A DNA stretch of 63,365 nucleotides, filler included. It is 7 parts of 7 records of this genome, joined end to end, with 100 filler letters (N's around TTAATTAATTAA, not from the genome) between each part and the next. Parts side by side here need not be neighbours in the genome. Positions count along the whole stretch, not along the records: positions 1 to 18,879 come from SRR31156797_2258; 6 more parts are not named here. One strand, written 5' to 3'. The position numbers were made by a program, and so were the translations under genes. The notes under the pieces were generated by a model. The model did no database searches. It was not told where the DNA came from and saw nothing but the letters and a program-made list of their open reading frames with translations. Positions 1 to 8,747 of this stretch are shown here, piece after piece (position 1 is the stretch's first letter; the number at the start of each line of letters is the position of its first letter).

Positions 1-1
1 G

Positions 2-82
2 GAGATATTCGTTGATAAGAGTAAGATGAACGAAGCAATGGCTATCGTGCTGTCCATTGCAGGAGAGCAGGTGGAGGACTAA
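2..82 (+). CDS. 3' end of a gene truncated by the window edge (possibly DUF2007-like)
   Basis: Open frame EIFVDKSKMNEAMAIVLSIAGEQVED* ending TAA at 80-82, converging on the next gene. Confidence 0.45.
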   Translation, partial: EIFVDKSKMNEAMAIVLSIAGEQVED

Positions 83-865
83 TCATCTGTCTATAATCCT
101 TGTTTTACTTAGGATATTTTTATTACAGCTATCTATTGTATCCATATCTTGTGCCATTACGTAGATAACAATGGTACTATTATATTCTTCGAAATATCTG
201 GCATATAGCCTGCCGTAGAAATTTTCTATCTTAAAATCAGTATTGTAAGCTCCAGATGGAATACCATACTGAATATATGATCTTTGTTTTGTTTTGTAAT
301 TATGAGCCATTCCATTCGTGATGATTAAAGCTTCAATCATTGTCCAGTTATCATAACCTAAATAACTGATGTTTTCAGTAATTTTATATTCAGTTACATT
401 AAACTGAGGATTTTGACATCCTATGCTTTGTAATACCAACTTGCAGTAATCGTATTTAAATGCATTTATCAAATCTTCTGTCATTACTTTCCCATTATTA
501 AAACCATACACTTCATTATTCATAGATAAGATATATGCTCCGTAAAATGCAGAGTAGTATGGAGATGATTTATTGTATACAAGACTGGATTTTCTATCAT
601 AAAACTTTCCGAAATTATACATAATGCTCATTTTGGCATCAGTTCCTGAGTATTTGCCAAAGCCTAGTGCATTAAAGGTTATGACAAAAGGATACCATTG
701 TTTGCCTGAATCCATTTTTATTCTAAATCCGTTTTCCTTCATGACGCTGCAGCTATTCTCATAGCCAGTTAATGCCTTCATTATTATATAACTTCTAAGA
801 GGATAATAAACAAAAGATATCAGTATGAGGACTGATAGTGTAATCAATATAATTGTTTTATTCAT
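83..865 (-). CDS. Hypothetical protein with N-terminal membrane anchor
   Basis: 260-aa ORF, hydrophobic N-terminus (IILITLSVLILISFVYY), Tyr-rich body, no family recognised. Confidence 0.75.
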   Translation of the reverse strand: MNKTIILITLSVLILISFVYYPLRSYIIMKALTGYENSCSVMKENGFRIKMDSGKQWYPFVITFNALGFGKYSGTDAKMSIMYNFGKFYDRKSSLVYNKSSPYYSAFYGAYILSMNNEVYGFNNGKVMTEDLINAFKYDYCKLVLQSIGCQNPQFNVTEYKITENISYLGYDNWTMIEALIITNGMAHNYKTKQRSYIQYGIPSGAYNTDFKIENFYGRLYARYFEEYNSTIVIYVMAQDMDTIDSCNKNILSKTRIIDR

Positions 866-1300
866 ATTGCTATTTTGTCCAACTAATCCGTGAATAAATA
901 CATTTCATAATAAAACTATTTGCGGAGTAAAGGTAATATTTGGTACGGAATTGACTGCTGCTGACAGGTCCTCGTAAAAATATAATGGCTGTTTGAAATA
1001 ATAGGTTATATATGTTAACGAAGCTAAAGCTAAGAGATTTTGATATGAATAAGAATTTAGTGAATAAGCTTTGTATTAGATGAATTTAGGACTGAGTGCT
1101 AGTTAGAGCGGTACAAACAAATAACTAGCCCGACTATTATAGGAATTTGTTTCTAATAATTTTTTTATATCTTGTGTAACATTATTACATACCTATAGTT
1201 ATACTTATGTTAATATTGAGGTACAAATTGATATTAGTATTAATAACTATATAATTTGAAAAATAACACTAAGTAAAGATTAATAGTGAAGGAGGCTGTT

Positions 1301-1801
1301 ATGAATAAAAAATTAGTAGAAGAAATAAACAAGCAGATATCATATGAAATATTTTCTGCTCACTTATATATGGCGATGGCGGCATACGCAATAGATGTAG
1401 AACTTCCGGGTATAGGAGCGTGGTTCTTGGCTCAGGCTGATGAGGAAAAGCAGCATGCAGATAAATTTATAGCATATTTGCAGCAAAGAAATCAGAGAGC
1501 TTTGATATTAGGAATTGAACAGCCAAAGAATGACTATAATTCTGCTCTGGAAGCATTTCAATATGGTCTTAATCATGAGAAATTTGTTACCAGCAGAATT
1601 AACGATTTGATGAAAATAGCACATGAAGACAATGACTATGCAACAGTCAATTTCCTTAACTGGTTCATAGACGAGCAGGTAGAAGAGGAAGCATCATTTG
1701 CTGCAATTATTGGTAAATTGAATTTAGTTAACAACAGTCCGGTTGGTTTGTATCAATTGGATAAGGAGCTGGGGGCAAGAACCTTTGCACCTGTTCAATA
1801 A
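1301..1801 (+). CDS. ftnA: Non-heme ferritin
   Basis: Ferroxidase motifs QADEEKQHA, HEKFVT, FLNWFIDEQVEEE; SD GGAGG before ATG 1301 (ORF track starts at 1286). Confidence 0.93.
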   Translation: MNKKLVEEINKQISYEIFSAHLYMAMAAYAIDVELPGIGAWFLAQADEEKQHADKFIAYLQQRNQRALILGIEQPKNDYNSALEAFQYGLNHEKFVTSRINDLMKIAHEDNDYATVNFLNWFIDEQVEEEASFAAIIGKLNLVNNSPVGLYQLDKELGARTFAPVQ

Positions 1802-1830
1802 AGGTTGAAACTAAGTTATATATTATATTA

Positions 1831-1854
1831 AAGAACCGCTTTTTGGCGGTTCTT
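1831..1854 (+). terminator. Hairpin terminator after ferritin
   Basis: AAGAACCGCT-tttt-GGCGGTTCTT stem-loop 30 nt after the stop codon. Confidence 0.7.
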
Positions 1855-1963
1855 GTATAATCACACTATCTAGTTGATGTTTATTGTGATACAATCAGTG
1901 TAAACTTATATTATAAGGAATTGTATTTGGAGCATAAATTTATTTAATGGGAGTATTAAAACG

Positions 1964-2116
1964 ATGTCAAACAGAGTTATCAGCTTTATCTTAAGTGTTG
2001 CAGTTATGGTGGTTATAGTAGGTTCAATCCTGCTTTTAGCGACTTATATCAATAAGCGCATTACAAAGAAGGAACAGGAACAAATATCTGAAAAAGAAAA
2101 TGAGGGTGAAGAATAG
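1964..2116 (+). CDS. Small single-pass membrane protein (50 aa), absent from the ORF track
   Basis: MSNRVISFILSVAVMVVIVGSILLLATYINKRITKKEQEQISEKENEGEE*; GGGAG SD about 10 nt upstream; TM helix plus charged tail. Confidence 0.7.
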   Translation: MSNRVISFILSVAVMVVIVGSILLLATYINKRITKKEQEQISEKENEGEE

Positions 2117-2120
2117 GGTC

Positions 2121-2238
2121 AAATCATCCCTTTTGCACCATTTAATAAAATAGTGCTTTCGGGCAATAGATTTTCTCAAATGGGAAAATCATCCCTTTCG
2201 CACCATTTAATAAGTAGTGCTTTCGGGCAATAGATTTT
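2121..2238. repeat. Tandem imperfect direct repeat (2 x ~54 bp, ~65-nt period) with internal stems
   Basis: AAATCATCCCTTT(T/C)GCACCATTTAATAA(AA/G)TAGTGCTTTCGGGCAATAGATTTT at 2121-2174 and 2186-2238. Confidence 0.9.
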
Positions 2239-2257
2239 TGCTTCACAAAAATCATGC

Positions 2258-2286
2258 TTGACTTTATTTCTGCAATAATATATACT
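2258..2286 (+). promoter_or_regulatory. SigmaA promoter of the pyr operon
   Basis: TTGACT-17 nt-TATACT directly upstream of the PyrR leader. Confidence 0.8.
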
Positions 2287-2303
2287 TTATTGAGGATTAA
2301 TAT

Positions 2304-2423
2304 ACCTTTAAATCAGTTCCGTGAAGCTGGCAAGGTGACAAAGTGCATACTATAGTTGTAATTTGGTACAACTCTATCTTTTTGTAGTATTTATAAGTCT
2401 TGCCGTATGGGCAGGACTTTTTT
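2304..2423 (+). promoter_or_regulatory. PyrR-binding attenuator leader
   Basis: ACCTTTAAATCAGTTCCGTGAAGCTGGCAAGGT matches the PyrR loop (CUUUAA + CNGNGA hexaloop); terminator AAGTCTTGCC/GGCAGGACTT+U tract at 2395-2423; GGCAAGG (2329-2335) can pair with TCTTGCC as antiterminator. Confidence 0.9.
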
Positions 2424-2430
2424 GATATAA

Positions 2431-2992
<562 letters not shown>

Positions 2993-2994
<2 letters not shown>

Positions 2995-3018
2995 TCTATG
3001 TATTTGCATAGGCTTTTT
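2993..3018 (+). terminator. Terminator-like hairpin between pyrR and pyrP
   Basis: AGTCTATGT-attt-GCATAGGCT followed by TTTT. Confidence 0.55.
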
Positions 3019-3060
3019 ATTTATACATAATTATTTATTTTTCATAGGAGGATTTATCTG

Positions 3061-4326
3061 ATGAGTGAAAACTCTGTACAAAAGAAGTTGGATTGGAAGA
3101 TGTTAGTATTAGGACTGCAGCATTTGTTTGCTATGTTTGGCGCAACAATTGTAGTACCTGCGTTAACAGGACTGGATGTAGGAGTGGCACTGTTTACTGC
3201 TGGCTGCGGTACACTGCTGTTCCATTTCATAACAAAAAGGAAAGTACCAGTATTTCTAGGTTCATCATTTGCATTCATGGGAGCTATAGCATACATTGTT
3301 CAGTCTGAGGGCAAGGAATATGCAACAGGAGCGATTATGATTGCTGGTGTATGTTATCTGATTTTTGCACTGCTGGTAAAGTTATTTGGTTCTGAAAAAG
3401 TGAGGAAGATATTCCCTGCTATTGTTACAGGTCCTGTAATTATAGTAATTGGTTTGACTCTTGCCCCAACAGTTATTTACAATGACATTACTGCTGATTT
3501 CGTAGGCGGTCTGCTATGGACAAAGTGGGTGGTAGCAGTCAGTGCAATTATTACAGTCGTAGTAGTATCAATCTTTACAAAAGGTTTCTTTAAACTTGTA
3601 CCAATATTATTCGGTCTTATTGTTGGATACTTAGTATCTGTTCTTCTGCACTTTAGTGTTGCAGTACCTGAGGGAGTATCGCCGTTGATGAGCTTTACGC
3701 CATTTACAACTGCAAAGGTCTTTAGTTTACCAAACTTCCATCTTCCGAAATTCAGCTGGACATCCATTCTGGCTATAGCACCTATTTCTATAGCAACATT
3801 TATGGAGCATCTAGGGGATATCACTACAAATGGTTCTGTTGTAGGTGAAGATTTCTTCAAAGATCCTGGACTGGACAGAACATTAATCGGTGACGGTATT
3901 GCCACAATGTTTGCTGGTCTTTGCGGTGGTCCTGCAAATACTACATACGGAGAAAACACAGGAGTATTGGCAGTAACAAAGAACTACAATCCAAAGACAA
4001 TTAGAGTCGCTGCTATATATGCAATAGCGCTGTCCTTCATCGGCTTCTTCGGAGCATTTTTGCAGTCAGTACCATTGCCTGTAATTGGCGGAATGAGCTT
4101 CGTACTCTTTGGCATGATTGCATCTATCGGTATCAGAACTATGGCGGAGGCCAAGGTTGACTTTACAAAGAGCCGTAACCTGCTGATATTATCTATCATA
4201 CTAATTACTGGTATCGGTGTAACTATTCAGGTTACTGATGTATTCTCTGTGTCAGGTATCGCTCTGGCTGCACTTGTAGGAATTATCCTAAATGCAGTAC
4301 TGCCAGATAAGATTGACAATAAATAA
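3061..4326 (+). CDS. pyrP: Uracil permease (NCS2/UraA family)
   Basis: GLQHLFAMFGAT, FLGSSFAF, EHLGD, TTYGENTGV; position in the pyr operon. Confidence 0.93.
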   Translation: MSENSVQKKLDWKMLVLGLQHLFAMFGATIVVPALTGLDVGVALFTAGCGTLLFHFITKRKVPVFLGSSFAFMGAIAYIVQSEGKEYATGAIMIAGVCYLIFALLVKLFGSEKVRKIFPAIVTGPVIIVIGLTLAPTVIYNDITADFVGGLLWTKWVVAVSAIITVVVVSIFTKGFFKLVPILFGLIVGYLVSVLLHFSVAVPEGVSPLMSFTPFTTAKVFSLPNFHLPKFSWTSILAIAPISIATFMEHLGDITTNGSVVGEDFFKDPGLDRTLIGDGIATMFAGLCGGPANTTYGENTGVLAVTKNYNPKTIRVAAIYAIALSFIGFFGAFLQSVPLPVIGGMSFVLFGMIASIGIRTMAEAKVDFTKSRNLLILSIILITGIGVTIQVTDVFSVSGIALAALVGIILNAVLPDKIDNK

Positions 4327-4446
4327 AGATAAAAAACTTGAGGGGCGATAAGCCCCTCTTAACAAAAATTATTGTTGTTCCAAGGTACAGACTTTGGAAG
4401 AGCAAGTAATCAAGTATAAGGATATGCAAAACAACGGGAGGACAAA

Positions 4447-5361
4447 ATGCGAAAAGACTTATTAGGACTAGAGGACATAAGTAAGGATGAAATAAATGAT
4501 ATCCTAAAGGCCGCTGTTCAGATGAAAAAAATACTGGACTCACCTACAAAAAAGACCCCCCATCTTCAGGGCAAATCTGTGGTAACGCTCTTTTATGAGA
4601 ATTCTACAAGGACAAGGGTTTCATTTGACTTAGCGTGTAAATACCTATCAGCTGCCAGCAGCAATGTTTCAGCGTCTTCATCAAGTGTATCAAAGGGAGA
4701 AACTCTGCTGGATACTGCAAGGACACTGGATAGAATGAAAGCTGATGTTCTGGTAATGCGCCATCCTATGGCAGGTGCACCTCACTTTATGGCAAAGCAT
4801 GTCAGTGCAAGTGTGATAAATGCAGGTGACGGTATGCATGAGCATCCTACTCAAAGCCTTTTGGACATTATGACTATAAAGGAACATTTCGGTACTCTGG
4901 AAGGGCTGAAAATAGCACTTATAGGTGATATATTTCATTCCAGAGTTGCCAGAAGTAATATATACGGCATGACGACAATGGGGGCAGAAGTAACTCTTTC
5001 GGCACCAAACACTATGCTGCCCTATGGTATAGATTCTTTGGGAGCAAAGATAGCAAAGAATATGGATGAAGCAGTTACAGGTGCTAATGTAATCATGGGA
5101 CTAAGAATTCAGAAGGAAAGACAGAGCCAAGGACTTTTTCCAAGCATAAGAGAATATCACAAGTACTTTGGAATAGATGAAAGGCGAGTTGCACTAGCCA
5201 GTGATGATGTGCTTATTATGCACCCGGGTCCTGTAAACAGAGGAGCGGAAATATCATCAATGGTAATGGACTATGACAGTTGCCTGATAGATGAGCAGGT
5301 GACCAACGGTGTGGCAATACGTATGGCATTGCTGTACATGCTGACACGGAGATTCACTTAA
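4447..5361 (+). CDS. pyrB: Aspartate carbamoyltransferase catalytic subunit
   Basis: FYENSTRTR, NAGDGMHEHPTQ, MHPGPVNRG. Confidence 0.97.
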   Translation: MRKDLLGLEDISKDEINDILKAAVQMKKILDSPTKKTPHLQGKSVVTLFYENSTRTRVSFDLACKYLSAASSNVSASSSSVSKGETLLDTARTLDRMKADVLVMRHPMAGAPHFMAKHVSASVINAGDGMHEHPTQSLLDIMTIKEHFGTLEGLKIALIGDIFHSRVARSNIYGMTTMGAEVTLSAPNTMLPYGIDSLGAKIAKNMDEAVTGANVIMGLRIQKERQSQGLFPSIREYHKYFGIDERRVALASDDVLIMHPGPVNRGAEISSMVMDYDSCLIDEQVTNGVAIRMALLYMLTRRFT

Positions 5362-5380
5362 TACAGGAGGTAAGGATTAG

Positions 5381-6655
5381 ATGAATATTTTAGTTAAGAA
5401 CATAAATATAGTAAGTCCGGCGGATGAAATTGACAAGCAATGTGATCTGCTGACAGCAAATGGCGTAATAAAAGAAATTGGTGAAAATATTGAGCATGAT
5501 GCAGATATCTTTATCGATGGACAGGGACTAACACTGCTTCCAGGCTTTGTGGATATGCACACACATCTAAGAGAACCAGGGCAGGAATATAAAGAGGATA
5601 TAGTAACAGGTACAAAGGCAGCGGCAAAGGGAGGCTTCACATCAATTGCCTGCATGGCAAACACATCTCCTGTTAATGACAGCCCTGCTATTACAGCATC
5701 CATTGTACAAAGAGCAAAGGAAGATGGATATGCTAAAGTTTATCCTATAGGTGCTATTACCAAAAACTTGGATGGTAAGGTATTGGTGGAGATGGGTTTG
5801 ATGAGTCAGGCTGGATGCGTGGCATTCTCTGATGACGGCATAGGACTTACCAGCGCAAAGGTAATGTATAATGCTATGCAGTATGCCAAGCACTTTGATA
5901 AATTTATTATCAGTCACTGTGAGACAGACTTGGCAGAGGGCGGAAGCATTAACGAAGGTATCATCAGTACGAAGATGGGCTTAAAAGGTATCAATCATAT
6001 TGCCGAGGAAATGATGGTTTATCGTGAAACGGCACTTGCAAAGGAACTGAATACAAGAGTGCATATCGCACATGTATCCACAAAGGAAAGTGTTGAGATT
6101 ATTCGCAGAGCAAAGGCTGAAGGTGTAAAGGTAACATGTGAAACCTGTCCTCATTACATAGCAGGCACAGAAGAAATGGCACTGACATTTGATACATCTA
6201 CTAAGGTTAATCCTCCTCTCAGAACAGAAGGTGATAGACTTGCTATTATCGAGGGAATAGTGGATGGTACTATTGACTGCATAGTGACAGATCATGCACC
6301 ACATCATGTGGATGACAAGCTGGTGGAATATCAATTAGCAGCAAACGGTATTTCCGGACTGGAGACTTCATTCGGTATTTGCTATAAATATCTGGTAGAA
6401 AGCGGTGAGATATCTCTGAAAAAACTGATTAAGCTGATGAGCATCAATCCGGCAAAGATTCTAGGTATTGAAGCAGGCAGCGTAGCTGTTGGAAAGAATG
6501 CAGACTTTACAATTGTAGATATAAATGAGGAATGGACAATAGATGTAAATGACTTTGTATCAAAGGGTAAGAATAATCCATTTAATGGGTATAAGGTACA
6601 AGGCAGAGTTGTGACAACTGTTACAGATGGTAAAATTATGTATCAACAGAACTAA
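5381..6655 (+). CDS. pyrC: Dihydroorotase (type I)
   Basis: DMHTHLREPG, KVNPPLR, TDHAPH. Confidence 0.97.
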   Translation: MNILVKNINIVSPADEIDKQCDLLTANGVIKEIGENIEHDADIFIDGQGLTLLPGFVDMHTHLREPGQEYKEDIVTGTKAAAKGGFTSIACMANTSPVNDSPAITASIVQRAKEDGYAKVYPIGAITKNLDGKVLVEMGLMSQAGCVAFSDDGIGLTSAKVMYNAMQYAKHFDKFIISHCETDLAEGGSINEGIISTKMGLKGINHIAEEMMVYRETALAKELNTRVHIAHVSTKESVEIIRRAKAEGVKVTCETCPHYIAGTEEMALTFDTSTKVNPPLRTEGDRLAIIEGIVDGTIDCIVTDHAPHHVDDKLVEYQLAANGISGLETSFGICYKYLVESGEISLKKLIKLMSINPAKILGIEAGSVAVGKNADFTIVDINEEWTIDVNDFVSKGKNNPFNGYKVQGRVVTTVTDGKIMYQQN

Positions 6656-6716
6656 TAAATATGCATGTTGATTTATAATTATGCATTTGCTATAATAATA
6701 TGCATAAAATAATCAA
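6650..6716 (+). promoter_or_regulatory. Internal sigmaA promoter overlapped by ARG-box-like sites upstream of pyrF-carAB
   Basis: TTGATT (6668)-17 nt-TATAAT (6691); ATGCA half-sites at 6661, 6681 and 6700 in AT-rich 18-mers resembling the ArgR consensus. Confidence 0.65.
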
Positions 6717-6780
6717 TAATTTACTTCTGCAAAACTTGCATGAATAACAAGTAAGGTAATATAAATTAAAGGTAATAATT

Positions 6781-7662
6781 ATGATAATAGATAAATTGAT
6801 AGGTAAAATAAAAGAAAAGGATAATCCTACATGCGTAGGCTTAGATACTCACCTTGGTGTGATGCCTAAGAGTTTTACAAGTGAATATGACATATCAAGT
6901 ACTGAAGGTATCGCTAATGCAGTGTATGAGTATAACAAGATATTGATAGATACTTTGGCTGATTATATCCCCAGCATAAAGATACAAAATGCATATTACG
7001 AGATGTATGGCATAGAGGGTATAAAGTGCTATGTAAAGACAATTGATTACGCAAAGAGTGCTGGTCTAGTAGTAATAGCCGATGTTAAGCGTGGAGATAT
7101 TGGTTCAACATGTAAGGCATATTCCAAAGCTCACCTAGATAATTCAGTATTCGGTGCTGACTTTATGACTATCAATCCATACTTTGGTGCTGACGGAATG
7201 CAGCCATTTATCGATGACTGCAATGAACTGGATAAGGGTGTATTTATACTGGTTAAGACATCTAATCCTACATCCAGCCAGCTACAGGATCTGCGAACAA
7301 CGGACAACATGACAATCTATGAGAAATGCGCTGATATAGTAATCCAGCTCGGCGGACAAAAAACAGGAGAATATGGATATAATTCAATCGGTGCTGTAGT
7401 TGGAGCTACTCATCCAGATCAGGGTATATCCCTCAGAAAAAGAATGAAAAATACTTTCTTCTTGATACCCGGTTATGGTGCACAGGGTGCAGGGGCAAAA
7501 GATATTGCAGGAATGTTTGATGAAAAGGGCATTGGCGGTATAGTAAACTCCTCCAGGGGTATTATAGGAGCATGGAAAAAACAAAACACAGACGACTTTG
7601 CAATAGCAGCACTTGATGCAACCATTGCAATGCGTGATGATATAAATAAGGCGATTAAATAA
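6781..7662 (+). CDS. pyrF: Orotidine-5'-phosphate decarboxylase (long subfamily)
   Basis: CVGLD, ADVKRGDIGST, LVKTSNP, GAVVGAT, LIPGYGAQG, VNSSR. Confidence 0.96.
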   Translation: MIIDKLIGKIKEKDNPTCVGLDTHLGVMPKSFTSEYDISSTEGIANAVYEYNKILIDTLADYIPSIKIQNAYYEMYGIEGIKCYVKTIDYAKSAGLVVIADVKRGDIGSTCKAYSKAHLDNSVFGADFMTINPYFGADGMQPFIDDCNELDKGVFILVKTSNPTSSQLQDLRTTDNMTIYEKCADIVIQLGGQKTGEYGYNSIGAVVGATHPDQGISLRKRMKNTFFLIPGYGAQGAGAKDIAGMFDEKGIGGIVNSSRGIIGAWKKQNTDDFAIAALDATIAMRDDINKAIK

Positions 7663-7688
7663 AACAACTAATTTAGGAATGGTGTAAC

Positions 7689-8735
7689 ATGGCATTTTTA
7701 GTATTAGAAGATGGAACAATGTACGAGGGCAAATCCTTTGGTTCAGTAAGTGATACTGTAGGTGAAGTTGTCTTTAACACAGGCATGACAGGTTATCAGG
7801 AGGTTCTAACTGATCCGTCCTACTACGGACAGATTGTTATGATGACATATCCTTTGATAGGTAACTACGGTGTCAACTGGGAAGATCCAGAGAGCCAGCA
7901 TCCGCAGGTAAAGGGCTTCATAGTTCGTGAATTGTGTGAAATTCCATCAAACTGGCACAGCGAAAGCAGTCTGAATCATTATATGGAAAAGCACAATATC
8001 GTAGGTATTCAGGGCATTGATACTCGTTCGCTGACAAGGAAAATCCGTGACCATGGTACAATGCGTGGAGTAATCTGTCATGATAATGACTGCAGTGACA
8101 GAGCGGCACTTGCCAAGGAATATATAAATACCAATCCTGTTGCTGAGGTTACATGTGAGGAAAAATTCACTATACCTGGTACAGGGAAAAAGATAGCAGT
8201 AATAGACTTTGGGCTAAAGGCATCTATCCTATCATCATTGAGGAAAAGAAACTGTCAGATAACTGTTTATCCAGCAGATGTAAAGGCTGATGAGATAAAG
8301 GAAGACAAAGCTGACGGCATAATGCTGACAAATGGTCCAGGAGATCCAAAAGATAATGAGGAAATAATAAATCAGCTAAAACAGCTTATAGGATACAAGC
8401 CAATATTCGGCATATGTCTGGGTCATCAGCTGATGGCATTGGCAAATGGGGCAGACAGCGAAAAGCTTCGCTATGGTCACAGAGGAGCTAACCATCCTGT
8501 AAAGGATTTGGAAAAGGACAGAGTGTATATCACAAGCCAGAATCATGGATACACAATTGTTGAGGAAAATTTGCCGGATAATATGATTGTTACCCATAGA
8601 AACTGGAATGATATGACCATTGAGGGCTTAAAATACACTGACCATGATACATTTACTGTTCAGTTCCACCCTGAGGCAAGTCCAGGTCCTAAGGATACTG
8701 CACACTTATTTGATGAATTTCTAGCAAAGCTATAA
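7689..8735 (+). CDS. carA: Carbamoyl-phosphate synthase small subunit
   Basis: GEVVFNTGMTGYQE, NGPGDP, GICLGHQ, QFHPE. Confidence 0.98.
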   Translation: MAFLVLEDGTMYEGKSFGSVSDTVGEVVFNTGMTGYQEVLTDPSYYGQIVMMTYPLIGNYGVNWEDPESQHPQVKGFIVRELCEIPSNWHSESSLNHYMEKHNIVGIQGIDTRSLTRKIRDHGTMRGVICHDNDCSDRAALAKEYINTNPVAEVTCEEKFTIPGTGKKIAVIDFGLKASILSSLRKRNCQITVYPADVKADEIKEDKADGIMLTNGPGDPKDNEEIINQLKQLIGYKPIFGICLGHQLMALANGADSEKLRYGHRGANHPVKDLEKDRVYITSQNHGYTIVEENLPDNMIVTHRNWNDMTIEGLKYTDHDTFTVQFHPEASPGPKDTAHLFDEFLAKL

Positions 8736-8747
8736 TAGGGAGATATT

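Noticed and set aside
940-956. TTGGTACGGAATTGAC as a sigma54 promoter
   Set aside because: It lacks the invariant GC at -12 (reads AC)
2121-2238. Tandem repeat as a mini CRISPR array or hammerhead ribozyme
   Set aside because: Only two ~54-bp copies with an 11-nt gap and no cas genes; GAAA is present but the CUGANGA core is absent
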